Below, piece by piece: positions 1 to 8,915 of a stretch of DNA of 54,489 nt. The notes under the pieces are model-generated. The model saw only the letters and a list, made by a program, of their open reading frames with translations. It made no database searches and had not been told where the DNA came from. Every line of letters begins with the position of its first letter. Position 1 is the first letter of the stretch. This DNA is from a bacterium (lineage in GTDB: Bacteria > Cyanobacteriota > Vampirovibrionia > LMEP-6097): assembly GCA_046080385.1 (NCBI GenBank), contig JBJTTW010000267.1, positions 1 through 54,489 on the forward strand, in the 5' to 3' direction. Position numbers and translations under genes: made by a program.

Positions 1-120
1 CAGATTAGAAAATTAACCCTCAATCTGCTCAAACTAGAATCCTCCAAATGCAGTTTGGTTAATAAAAGGCTGAAAGCTGGATGGTCTGCCGATTTTAGAG
101 AAAAATTACTCTTCTCTTAG
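1..120 (+). mobile_element. 3' end of an ISAs1-family-like transposase ORF (partial, enters from the left edge)
   Basis: Frame 1 is open from base 1 to TAG at 118-120 and translates to QIRKLTLNLLKLESSKCSLVNKRLKAGWSADFREKLLFS*. From memory this resembles the conserved C-terminus (..NLLK..KR.KAGWD.DYL.KLL) of ISAs1/H-repeat transposases. It abuts the truncated hsdS. Confidence 0.45.
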
Positions 121-678
121 TTAGAATGATTTTGCCCTGCCTAGTTCTGTGACTATGCGGTGTTGGTCGGGAAGAGAGGGGAAGGAGATTTGAAGATTTT
201 GAAGGAAAGGTATTTTAACACCCTGAACTGTTGCACCAGTACCTGCTTTAACAACTTTTGGAGAAATATTTTTAAACCACCAAAATAAATAAAAAACATC
301 TAAAAATTTTTCATTTAGTGGAATTAAAGCTTTTAGATCTTGATTAATGGCGGTATTGTGTTTGAGAAAGCAAGCTTTCCCTAACCCAACTCGTGTGGCA
401 ATGATGACATTATTTGCCGGGATAATATTAGTGGAACTATTTTGTACTGCCTCTAAGGTTATTTTATATTCTGTGTCTTCAAGGTAATCATTTTTCATGT
501 CCCTGACTGTAGCCCACAATATATCACCTCCATAGAATGAAGTATTTGCTTTAGAGGGAGTTCCACCTCCAATAATTGCACATACCTCCCCAAGCTTCTT
601 CATCTGCCACTTTCCACGGGGATTTGAAAACACGCTCTGTAACTTAGCTCCAAATGCCTTTCCTGCTCCAGCTTTCAT
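121..678 (-). CDS. hsdS: Type I R-M specificity subunit HsdS, half-length (one target-recognition domain); probably truncated by the adjacent IS end
   Basis: The 185-aa ORF has a TRD-like body and the conserved ..FPSLPDQHRIVTEL.. motif. It stops a few codons later, where the central coiled-coil and second TRD normally follow. ATGA overlap with the upstream gene. Confidence 0.7.
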   Translation of the reverse strand: MKAGAGKAFGAKLQSVFSNPRGKWQMKKLGEVCAIIGGGTPSKANTSFYGGDILWATVRDMKNDYLEDTEYKITLEAVQNSSTNIIPANNVIIATRVGLGKACFLKHNTAINQDLKALIPLNEKFLDVFYLFWWFKNISPKVVKAGTGATVQGVKIPFLQNLQISFPSLPDQHRIVTELGRAKSF

Positions 679-1664
679 AATTGGCTCCTATTAAGAATAG
701 TAATAATAATCTTCAGCATAGTATCTTTTTCTGCTGGTTTAGATGCTGCGATAAGTAATGTTAAAGCTGCAAGTCCTTCTTCACTAATTCCACGGCTACC
801 AGAGAGATGATAGAGCATTTGATTTTTATCAAGAAAGTGTAGAAATAATGCTGCTGCAATACGTTTATTACCATCAATGAAAGAATGATTTTTTACTACG
901 AGGTATAAAAGCATAGCTGCTTTTTGTTCTAAAGAGGGGTATAGTTCTTCACCTGCAAAGCTTTGATATATTTGACTTACTGAGCTATAGAAACTTTGAT
1001 CTTTTGCTTTTCCAAAAACAGCAGAGTCAAAATCACGTCGCATAGTTTCTACGACTTCAAGAAATTCTTCTGGAGAAATTATAATCGCAGGTTTTGTAGT
1101 TTTTCCTTTATACTCAAGAGTTTCATGATCATAATCATCTAAAATATCTAAGCCCTTTGCATATTCTGTTAAAAGACGGACTATGCCACGAGCATCTTCT
1201 ATATTTTCGATATTTTCTATTAGACTTCGCTCTAGTAGCTGAATTGATTTTTGAAGACGAGTAAACTTGTCACGCTCGTCTTGAATTTTTTTATGATTGA
1301 TCGCATAGCCTTGAATAAGGTATTCCTTAAGTACACGATTTGCCCAGATACGAAACTGTGTACCCCTCATAGAATTAACTCGATAACCGACTGAGAGAAT
1401 CATATCAAGGCTAAAGTAAGAAATTGGTTTATCAGAATTTGCAATGTGCATTTTTTGCACATTGCCTTCTTCTAATAATTCTCCTGTTTTTATGATGTTT
1501 TTAATATGTCGTCCAATAACCGTTCTATCACGTTCAAAGACCGTAGCAATCTGCTTTTCAGTGAGCCAGAGAGTATTAGACTCTATCTTAACTTCTGTCT
1601 GTACACTACCATCAGCAGCAGTGTAGATGATTATTTCATCCGTTTTAGAATTTTCTTCCGTCAT
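675..1664 (-). CDS. RhuM-like N-terminal domain fused to a Fic/Doc domain, typical passenger gene of type I R-M loci
   Basis: The N-terminus (..LWLTEKQIATVFERDRTVIGRHIKNI..SVGYRVNSMRGTQFRIWANRVLKEYL) is RhuM-like. The C-terminus carries the Fic/Doc motif HSFIDGNKRIAAALF. Confidence 0.7.
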   Translation of the reverse strand: MTEENSKTDEIIIYTAADGSVQTEVKIESNTLWLTEKQIATVFERDRTVIGRHIKNIIKTGELLEEGNVQKMHIANSDKPISYFSLDMILSVGYRVNSMRGTQFRIWANRVLKEYLIQGYAINHKKIQDERDKFTRLQKSIQLLERSLIENIENIEDARGIVRLLTEYAKGLDILDDYDHETLEYKGKTTKPAIIISPEEFLEVVETMRRDFDSAVFGKAKDQSFYSSVSQIYQSFAGEELYPSLEQKAAMLLYLVVKNHSFIDGNKRIAAALFLHFLDKNQMLYHLSGSRGISEEGLAALTLLIAASKPAEKDTMLKIIITILNRSQL

Positions 1665-1709
1665 AGCTTATCTCCACACTGACATTTTCATAATAATCTT
1701 TATGGGCTT

Positions 1710-2435
1710 TTAATTTTGCATCCCTTTAGCTTCCATCGTTTCAGCGATTTGCCTCGTGGAGAGTTCTGGGCACTGTTGCCGAACTCCAATTTCTGCGTTT
1801 TCGTTGTCCTCATGATTCTCATGTACACCCAGTACACTGCGGTCATTCGTCCTCCTCAGCCTTGAACTTGTTCGTTTGGCAACAGTGCCTTCTGCTAGAG
1901 CTGTAAATATTAACTCAGCCTCGCTCATGTGATCTCTGAGATTTTGAGTCTTTAATTTTTTCAGATCTTTATGCTCTTTCACACTAAGCCCAGCCCATTC
2001 TTGATGAATCCACTTTTCACTGCGTCCATGTTTTTGCCAAGTATCACGAGCACGATCTAAAGACAGTTCTGGATCTGCCATCTCTTGCATACGCTCATAG
2101 CCTACCTTGGCGAGCCATAATTTAACAGGCTCAGCTTTAGGACTAGGAACCGACTGAATTAGTCTTAAGAGTGTCTCTGCTGCTGCAACATCAGTATTTC
2201 GCAATTTCCCATCACTAACTGGCATTTTCAACTGGTGACAAAATGTCACCAGCTCAGAACCCTCTTCTTTCAGCCTTTCTTTAAGCTTGTTCCAGTATTT
2301 TCTAGCCTTCTGATAATCTTCCTGCTCTGTGAGTATCTGAATAATATCTATAACTGAAAAATACCAAATCTCTTTTTCTTCATCATAGATTCGTCTAATT
2401 TTATAGTCTTCAAAAACACTTAAATCTTCTGTCAC
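1710..2435 (-). CDS. Bro-N / DNA-damage-inducible protein D (DinD)-like protein carrying an in-frame R1 insertion near the C-terminus
   Basis: N-terminal ..IRRIYDEEKEIWYFSVIDIIQILT.. is Bro-N-like. The C-terminal segment GTVAKRTSSRLRRTNDRSVLGVHENHEDNENAEIGVRQQCPE is encoded by R1. Removing it restores ..TALAELSTRQIAE.. Confidence 0.65.
   Translation of the reverse strand: MTEDLSVFEDYKIRRIYDEEKEIWYFSVIDIIQILTEQEDYQKARKYWNKLKERLKEEGSELVTFCHQLKMPVSDGKLRNTDVAAAETLLRLIQSVPSPKAEPVKLWLAKVGYERMQEMADPELSLDRARDTWQKHGRSEKWIHQEWAGLSVKEHKDLKKLKTQNLRDHMSEAELIFTALAEGTVAKRTSSRLRRTNDRSVLGVHENHEDNENAEIGVRQQCPELSTRQIAETMEAKGMQN
1769..1889 (-). mobile_element. R1 MITE-like element, full length (121 bp), inside a CDS
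   Basis: Arms are ggcactgttgccgaac / gtttggcaacagtgcc (15/16 complementary). A perfect 5-bp direct repeat TTCTG sits at 1764-1768 and 1890-1894. Element plus one repeat copy is 126 bp (42 codons). Confidence 0.85.
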
Positions 2436-2497
2436 AAAAAGGCTCCTATTTTTCTAACATCATCTATATTTTTAAAAGCCTGCTCAAACATAGTCTC

Positions 2498-3136
2498 TCA
2501 CTTGCCCGCAAGCCCAGCAAAAAAACCTTTATAAAACTCAAACGCCGTGGGGTTAGCAATCAAATGAGCAGTACAGTGCATAATCTTATGAATCGGCTCT
2601 AAGCCATTCTCTCTTAAAGTCTTTCCTGTAGCGACTAAATCTATAATCACATCAGTAAGATCAGTCAGTGGCGCAAGTTCTACTGAACCGTAAAGATTAA
2701 TAATCTCGACTTCAAGCCCGCGCTGATGAAAAAAATCTTTAGCTAAATTAGGAAAGGTCGTCGCAACACGCGTATAGCTAGGCAATTCAGAAACGCTTTT
2801 ATACTTGCCTTGCACAGAACAGACGCAGAGATCACAAGCCCCATATTTCAAATCTTGAAGCTGATGCACCTTCGCCCTAGAATCTAAAATTACGTCTAAG
2901 CCGACTATACCAAAGTCAGCAGCGCCATGTTCTACATAAACTGGTACATCATGCCCTCTTACCATAAGGAACTGAATATCATAATCTTTAAAAGCCTCAT
3001 TATGAATAGTACTGCGGCGAATTAATTTACGTTTCGCATCTTCACCATTTTCAATTTCAATACCAGCTTTACTAAAAAACTCTATAGCACCCTCTAAGAG
3101 AGCACCTTTAGACAAGGCTATTTTCACTTGTTGCAT
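2498..3136 (-). CDS. hisG: ATP phosphoribosyltransferase, short form
   Basis: 212-aa short HisG-like protein that overlaps the hisZ stop. Confidence 0.9.
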   Translation of the reverse strand: MQQVKIALSKGALLEGAIEFFSKAGIEIENGEDAKRKLIRRSTIHNEAFKDYDIQFLMVRGHDVPVYVEHGAADFGIVGLDVILDSRAKVHQLQDLKYGACDLCVCSVQGKYKSVSELPSYTRVATTFPNLAKDFFHQRGLEVEIINLYGSVELAPLTDLTDVIIDLVATGKTLRENGLEPIHKIMHCTAHLIANPTAFEFYKGFFAGLAGK

Positions 3137-4221
3137 ATTAAAACATTCGCTCCTTTCTCAAACTCAAGCTGAGCTGCTTTATAAACATCCCGCCATTCTT
3201 TAGCAGCTGGAGAAAGCTTTTTCGGGAGTTTATCAGTAGAAAAATTATCTAAAAGATTTAGATTAGATAATGCTGAAATCAGCCTTTGCACATAAAAAGC
3301 GAAACCTATCGCTGGCAGATCAATACCAAAGCTTGAATATAGATTATCGTATCTACCACCCATAGCGATATCATTACCTTGCCCTTTAATTAACAGCTTA
3401 AAATGCAGTCCCGTATAGAGTTTTAAATCTGGACACTGATACGGTGCGAAGACTATTTTAGAAGAAAGCTGAGCTAAACTCTTTAAGTGACTTAAATCTA
3501 AATCTAAATCCTTTTCAACTCTTTTTAACTTCTCTTCATTTGGAACAGATAGACTTATCTGCTCTTGGCTATAAAGGCACTTAAGAAAACTTTCTTCAAC
3601 AGCTAGTTTTTCAAATGCAACAAATTCACCTTTCAGTAAAAGGTTATAAGCCTTAGTAATTAAATCATGGCTAGAAGAAGCTTCTGAACTGATTACTGGG
3701 ACTGGTTTATTAAATTTAGCAAATAAGCTATGCCAGATTTTAGCATCGGTTATACAGATCTGATAATCACTTACACCTAATTCCTCAATAGAATCTATCA
3801 TTAATTGCAATACTTCATAATCGGAAAAGTTTTCTTCAGCCTTAGCACCGACATACTCTATACCGACTTGCTGTATCTCTCTAGATTCATCAGTAGGAGT
3901 GCCTTTATAGCGATAAACAGAAGCATTATAGTATAGCTTCACTGGAAGCTGAAGCTCTTGAGCCCTGCCAGCTATTGCTTTAGCAATAGGCTGAGTCATC
4001 TCTGTTCTCAGAGCAAGAGTTTCACCATCTTTATCTAAAAATGTAAAAGTTTTATCGGTAAACTTTTTATTTGCCCTATTTATAACATCTAAATCTACTA
4101 AACTCTGCACTACTATTGGTTCATAAGACCATTTTTCATAAAGAGCCACCAGCTTATTTTTTATCGCAAGCTGCTTTCTAACGTCAGATGGCAGCCATGT
4201 TTTTAAACCTCTAAATACCAT
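3124..4221 (-). CDS. hisZ: ATP phosphoribosyltransferase regulatory subunit (HisRS paralogue)
   Basis: Class II aaRS-like core without an anticodon-binding domain. It lies directly upstream of, and overlaps, short-form hisG. Confidence 0.8.
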   Translation of the reverse strand: MVFRGLKTWLPSDVRKQLAIKNKLVALYEKWSYEPIVVQSLVDLDVINRANKKFTDKTFTFLDKDGETLALRTEMTQPIAKAIAGRAQELQLPVKLYYNASVYRYKGTPTDESREIQQVGIEYVGAKAEENFSDYEVLQLMIDSIEELGVSDYQICITDAKIWHSLFAKFNKPVPVISSEASSSHDLITKAYNLLLKGEFVAFEKLAVEESFLKCLYSQEQISLSVPNEEKLKRVEKDLDLDLSHLKSLAQLSSKIVFAPYQCPDLKLYTGLHFKLLIKGQGNDIAMGGRYDNLYSSFGIDLPAIGFAFYVQRLISALSNLNLLDNFSTDKLPKKLSPAAKEWRDVYKAAQLEFEKGANVLICNK

Positions 4222-4274
4222 AAATTATTTCCTGTAAAATCTACGCAGCGAAAGGCGCATAGAATTAATCTTAT

Positions 4275-5165
4275 CTACTGTTTTTTCTTTGCCTGTGGCT
4301 GTAAGGTATTTTCCAGTAATTTATCTAAATTTACAAAAGTATTTCCTTTCAAACCAACGATTACTGGTACATCTGGATTATTTTCTATAGCATCTAAATA
4401 CTCTAAATCAGCAACCATCGGATTTGCTTGGATAGCGCGTCCCTTGACTTCTACTTGCTTAGCATTACCTTCACCCTGAATAATGGATATCAGCTTTTCT
4501 TTTAAAGCTATTTCTTTACGTATATGAGCTAACTGAGCCTTCTGTAAGGCGATCTGCTTACTTTCTATCGCCTCTATATATTCTGGCGAAAATTCTATTC
4601 TTCTAATAAAGAGATCATTTAGCTTAAAACCTGATTCAGCAAAGGATTTAGATAAATATTCTTTAGCCTCACTAGAAACTAATTTTCTGGTATCTTCAGT
4701 ATATAAAGCATCCGCTACGTGTCTTGCGATAACTTCCTGCATCACTTTACCAGTTTTAGCTTTAAGTACAGGCGCATAATCAGTTCTAAGTTTTTGATAA
4801 ACCTCTGGAGCTCTTTCTTGGATCATCTGAGTTAATATAGACATCTCTATACCGACTATTTGACCATCACCAGTCTTCGCTACTATAGGATTCCCTAGGC
4901 GACCAGGGTCCATAGCATCTTTAGTAAAAGTATAAGTATTAATACGTGTATCAAAGACAATTAAACTTTGAACAAATGGTAATAAAAAATGCAAACCCTC
5001 TCTTAAAGGCTTATCCTGAACACCATCCTTAATATTAAAGATGACACCAGTTCTGCCCACATCAATGATACGCATTGACTGCGAGAGCAGAGCTAGAATA
5101 GCAAAAGAAATCACTAAAAACATTTCTTTTTTTATCTTTAATCCAAATATATTCAAATCTTTCAT
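4275..5165 (-). CDS. SPFH/band-7 (prohibitin-like) membrane protein
   Basis: N-terminal TM helix followed by ..GRTGVIFNIKDGVQDKPLREGLHFLLPFVQSLIVFDTR.., the typical SPFH fold signature. Confidence 0.8.
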   Translation of the reverse strand: MKDLNIFGLKIKKEMFLVISFAILALLSQSMRIIDVGRTGVIFNIKDGVQDKPLREGLHFLLPFVQSLIVFDTRINTYTFTKDAMDPGRLGNPIVAKTGDGQIVGIEMSILTQMIQERAPEVYQKLRTDYAPVLKAKTGKVMQEVIARHVADALYTEDTRKLVSSEAKEYLSKSFAESGFKLNDLFIRRIEFSPEYIEAIESKQIALQKAQLAHIRKEIALKEKLISIIQGEGNAKQVEVKGRAIQANPMVADLEYLDAIENNPDVPVIVGLKGNTFVNLDKLLENTLQPQAKKKQ

Positions 5166-5207
5166 TTATAAACCTCGTACTTAGCTAGAAACATCTCCCC
5201 ACAAGAA

Positions 5208-6116
5208 TTACAGATCATCATTTATTATAAGCTTGGTTCTCTTACCTAAAACCTGCGCTTTTCTGTACTTAACATAGGAATTACCGAAACGATTTAAGGC
5301 ATCTACTTTTAACTTAATAGCCTCAGCTTCACCTTCAGCTCTCGTGATAACAGCATCTCTATCATTCTGCTTTTCAACAATAATATTATCCTTAGTATCT
5401 AATTCAATTCTTGCACGCTGCTTTTCTTCAATCGCGCTCTGGTAAGCAGCAGAGAAAGCAACTTCATCTAAAAGAAATTCCGTCAAAACTACTTTATATT
5501 TAGCTAAATGCTTCTCTAAAGACTTAGAAATTTTATCAGCGATAACTCTTCTATCTTCACTATAAATAGCAGAGACAGTATAACCTGCGATAACCTCTCT
5601 AACCATGCTTCTGACTATTGGGTTAATTACTTTATTTACATACGAATTATAGCCATCATTACCTATCTGCTGATGCAGCCACCACAGCTGCTTAAAATCT
5701 GGTCTAGCCCTTACTGTTACATCTACTGAAATGTTCTGCCCATCTGAAGTTAAAGTGTCTATGGAATTACCAAGTATTTTAGCTCCGTTTTTAGAACGCT
5801 CAGCAGAATTACTAAATATATAACTAATCTCTCTTACGTTATAGATAGTAGCTTGCTGAAGCACTGGAATTACGAACTGAATCCCTTCTTCTAGTACTCT
5901 CTTTTCCATACCTATAACTCGATTAAAGATTACAGCTCTCTGACCAGCTCCGACAAGAATAACTAAATTAGGCACTACAAAAAACAGTGCTACTATAGTA
6001 AAAATTTTTATTTTATGCTTACTAAAAAAATCATCTGGATCAAAGCGATTAGAATTATTTGAGCCGAAAAAGTCTGAAAAGTTGGGACTACTCATATCAA
6101 AAAAGAATAATAGCAC
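5208..6116 (-). CDS. SPFH/band-7 (prohibitin-like) membrane protein, paralogue of the downstream gene
   Basis: TM helix followed by ..GQRAVIFNRVIGMEKRVLEEGIQFVIPVLQQATIYNVR... The start is uncertain (alternative ATG at 6095). Confidence 0.75.
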   Translation of the reverse strand: MLLFFFDMSSPNFSDFFGSNNSNRFDPDDFFSKHKIKIFTIVALFFVVPNLVILVGAGQRAVIFNRVIGMEKRVLEEGIQFVIPVLQQATIYNVREISYIFSNSAERSKNGAKILGNSIDTLTSDGQNISVDVTVRARPDFKQLWWLHQQIGNDGYNSYVNKVINPIVRSMVREVIAGYTVSAIYSEDRRVIADKISKSLEKHLAKYKVVLTEFLLDEVAFSAAYQSAIEEKQRARIELDTKDNIIVEKQNDRDAVITRAEGEAEAIKLKVDALNRFGNSYVKYRKAQVLGKRTKLIINDDL

Positions 6117-6142
6117 TAAAGTTTATTGATATAATCTTATGC

Positions 6143-7171
6143 ATGACTAAAGTTAAAGTTGGTATTAATGGTTTCGGACGTATTGGAAGAAATGTTTTTC
6201 GTGTTCTGAATGAAAATTTTGTTGATCAAATAGACGTACTCGTTATTAATGATCCGTTCTCTCCCCCAGAAGCTTCTGCACATTTGATTAAGTTTGATAG
6301 TACTCTTGGCAGATTCAATGGCGAGGTAAGTGCTGATGAAAACTCTATTACTGTAAATGGTAAAACTACTAAATTCTTAAAAGAGAAAGACTTAGCTGCT
6401 CTTAACTGGGCTAAGCATGGTGTGGATATAGTTTTAGAATGCTCTGGTGTATTCACTGATGCAGAAAAGGCTAAAACACATTTAGCTGGTGGTGCGAAAA
6501 AAGTTCTTATATCTGCTCCAGCTAAAAATGAAGATATCACTATAGTTCTTGGAGTTAATGAGGATAAATACGATCCATCTAAACACCACATCATCTCTAA
6601 TGCTAGCTGTACTACTAACTGCCTAGCACCTTTCACTAAAGTTATAGATGATAATTTTAAAGTTCTAAATGGCATGATGACTACTATTCATGCTTATACT
6701 TCAGACCAGAAACTATTAGATAACGCTCACTCAGACCCACGCAGATCTAGAGCAGCGGGGGTTTCCATGATCCCTACTACTACTGGTGCAGCTAAGGCTA
6801 TCGGTTTAGTGCTTCCTCATTTAGCTGGTAAATTAAATGGTTATGCGATGAGAGTTCCTACTCCTAACGTCTCTGTAGTAGATGTAGTCTTCACTTTAGA
6901 GAAATCAGTTACTAAAGAAGAAATAAATGCGGTACTGAAAAAAGCTGCTCAGACTAACCTTAAAGGTATTCTTGATTACACAGATGAGCCTCTAGTATCT
7001 ATCGATTTTAAAGGTGATGCTCATTCGTCTATCATTGATGGCGACATGACTATGGTAGTAGCTGAGAAACAAGTTAAAATCCTTTCTTGGTACGATAACG
7101 AATACGGTTACTCTAACAGATTGTGTGATTTAGCTGTATTAGTTGGTAATAAGCTGCCGGTGGCTGTGTAG
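6143..7171 (+). CDS. gap: Glyceraldehyde-3-phosphate dehydrogenase
   Basis: MTKVKVGINGFGRIGRNVFR.. and the SNASCTTNCLAP active site. The ORF-track start at 6059 adds 28 non-conserved residues, so ATG 6143 is preferred. Confidence 0.92.
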   Translation: MTKVKVGINGFGRIGRNVFRVLNENFVDQIDVLVINDPFSPPEASAHLIKFDSTLGRFNGEVSADENSITVNGKTTKFLKEKDLAALNWAKHGVDIVLECSGVFTDAEKAKTHLAGGAKKVLISAPAKNEDITIVLGVNEDKYDPSKHHIISNASCTTNCLAPFTKVIDDNFKVLNGMMTTIHAYTSDQKLLDNAHSDPRRSRAAGVSMIPTTTGAAKAIGLVLPHLAGKLNGYAMRVPTPNVSVVDVVFTLEKSVTKEEINAVLKKAAQTNLKGILDYTDEPLVSIDFKGDAHSSIIDGDMTMVVAEKQVKILSWYDNEYGYSNRLCDLAVLVGNKLPVAV

Positions 7172-7211
7172 TTTTTATAGAACTGTTTCTGAAAATTTCA
7201 ATGAAAACAAG

Positions 7212-7247
7212 AAGTCCCTTGAGTAAAATTAAGGGACTTTTTGTTTT
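7212..7247 (+). terminator. Rho-independent terminator of gap
   Basis: aagtccctt-N10-aagggactt (9-bp stem) followed by tttgtttt. Confidence 0.8.
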
Positions 7248-7301
7248 GAAAGAGAAATGCATAGCTCAAATTAAAAAAGAGGCTGAGTTATACACTTAAA
7301 T

Positions 7302-7357
7302 ATTATGCCTCAAAAAGAGGCATAATATGAGTTATAAGGTAGTAATTTATAACTCAT
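7302..7357 (+). promoter_or_regulatory. Two adjacent perfect hairpins/palindromes; the second overlaps the Fic start codon
   Basis: attatgcctc-aaaaa-gaggcataat (7302-7326) is followed by atgagttataa-N9-ttataactcat (7327-7357). The Fic ATG is at 7356. Confidence 0.55.
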
Positions 7358-8462
7358 GAAATGGAACTGGCAAAAAAAAGATTGGCCTGATTTTAAGTAT
7401 GATACAAGCCTGCTAGAGAAATACGAAGATGAATTTCTCCATAAATCTGGTATTTTCTTAGGTACCTTAAAACACATTCAGAATGAAGAGAAGATAGATT
7501 TAAAGATAGATATAATCTGCGAAGAAGCTTACCGAACATCTCTAATTGAAGGAGAATTTTTAAATAGAGAGAGTATACAATCGTCTATTAAAAAAAATTT
7601 TGGTATCTCAGTAATAGATATAAAAAAAATCCCCAGTGCAGAAGCCGGACTAGCTGAAATGATGCTAGATCTATATGATAATTTTTCACATCCTATCTCT
7701 AAAAAAAGTCTTGGTAGATGGAATTCTTTAATTCTTGATGGCATAAATTCTAAAATTAAAACTAGGTCATTTAGAAAAGATACCGAGCCGATGCAAGTTA
7801 TTTCAGGTTCAGTATACAGACCTAAAATACATTTTGAAGCACCTCCATCAGAGGCTTTAGAACATGAAATGAGAAACTTTATTCGGTGGTTTAATAATTC
7901 AAACCCAAATAAGCAAGACCCTTTAAAAACCTTAACTAGAGCTGGACTAGCTCACCTCTATTTCGTTTGCATACATCCATTTGATGATGGTAATGGACGA
8001 ATAGCTAGAGCTCTTGCAGAGAAAGCTTTATCTCAAGGATTAGGTGAGGCTAGCTTAATATCATTATCACAAGTGATAGAAAAGCATCGAAAGCAATACT
8101 ATGCTATCTTAGATGCATCTAACCGAGATCTTGAGGTCACTGATTGGTTAGAATACTTCTCTAAAACAGTATTAGAAGCTTTAGAATTAAGCCAAAAATC
8201 TATAGAATTCTCTTTAAAAAAAGGGAGATTTTGCAGACTTTATGAAAACAAGCTAAATCTAAGACAGGAAAAGGTTATCAGCAGAGTATTTAAAGAAGGA
8301 ATTCAAGGTTTTAAATGCGGCTTAAGTGCAGAAAATTATATCTCTATCACTAAAACCTCTAGGGCTACGGCTAGCAGAGACTTACAGGAATTAACCGAAA
8401 TGGGGGTTTTAGTTAAGACTGGTAATTTAAAAGGGACTCGTTATTATTTGAGTTTGGAGTGA
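7356..8462 (+). CDS. Fic family protein (DUF4172-type N-terminus, C-terminal wHTH)
   Basis: Fic motif HPFDDGNGRIARAL and N-terminal MKWNWQKKDWPDFKYD. Confidence 0.85.
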   Translation: MKWNWQKKDWPDFKYDTSLLEKYEDEFLHKSGIFLGTLKHIQNEEKIDLKIDIICEEAYRTSLIEGEFLNRESIQSSIKKNFGISVIDIKKIPSAEAGLAEMMLDLYDNFSHPISKKSLGRWNSLILDGINSKIKTRSFRKDTEPMQVISGSVYRPKIHFEAPPSEALEHEMRNFIRWFNNSNPNKQDPLKTLTRAGLAHLYFVCIHPFDDGNGRIARALAEKALSQGLGEASLISLSQVIEKHRKQYYAILDASNRDLEVTDWLEYFSKTVLEALELSQKSIEFSLKKGRFCRLYENKLNLRQEKVISRVFKEGIQGFKCGLSAENYISITKTSRATASRDLQELTEMGVLVKTGNLKGTRYYLSLE

Positions 8463-8510
8463 AGGCAATTAATTGGCTAACTTATCTCTTCACTATACTA
8501 ATAGATCAGA

Positions 8511-8915
8511 ATGGTAATTAAGTCTTATAATGGAGAGGATTCCATGACTGAATTAACGCGTAGATTCTATGAACTTTATCCAATTCCGCAGGCAGTGCCT
8601 GCGGAATTATCATGGACTCATTTTTGTTTTCTCCTGAAAATAGATAACACTGAAAAAAGATCTTTCTATGAAATAGAAACTATAAGTAATAACTGGTCTA
8701 CAAGAGAGTTAGAAAGGCAGATTAACTCTTTACTTTATGAGCGACTTGCCATATCTAAAGATAAAAATGCAGTGCAAGAGCTAGCTATAAAAGGGCTAGG
8801 AGATTCTTCTCTAGATCTGGCTCTAGATGAGATTTCAGGTGAAATGCGGAAGGAAATAGAACGGCATAGAAAAAGAGAAAGCAAAGAATTTAATAAGGAG
8901 CAAAGCTTTGAGTAA
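8511..8915 (+). pseudogene. N-terminal fragment of a YhcG/DUF1016 PD-(D/E)XK nuclease family gene
   Basis: ..LSWTHFCFLLKIDNTEKRSFYEIETISNNWSTRELERQINSLLYERL.. matches the DUF1016 N-domain. The ORF is only 134 aa, so the nuclease domain is missing. Confidence 0.55.

Noticed and set aside
6226-6675. A 149-aa ORF is antisense to gap. Similar antisense or embedded ORFs occur at 1444-1626, 7529-7744, 8735-8920, 12206-12457, 14174-14362, 16758-16997, 17238-17426, 18313-18534, 20796-20987, 22930-23112, 25294-25479, 27013-27255, 39706-39996, 40611-40844, 41169-41423, 42225-42446, 47276-47488, 47301-47531, 50454-50669 and 53822-54043.
   Set aside because: Each lies within or opposite a well-supported conserved gene, or crosses a repeat. 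Their composition is typical of antisense frames in AT-rich DNA, and none has a recognisable motif.
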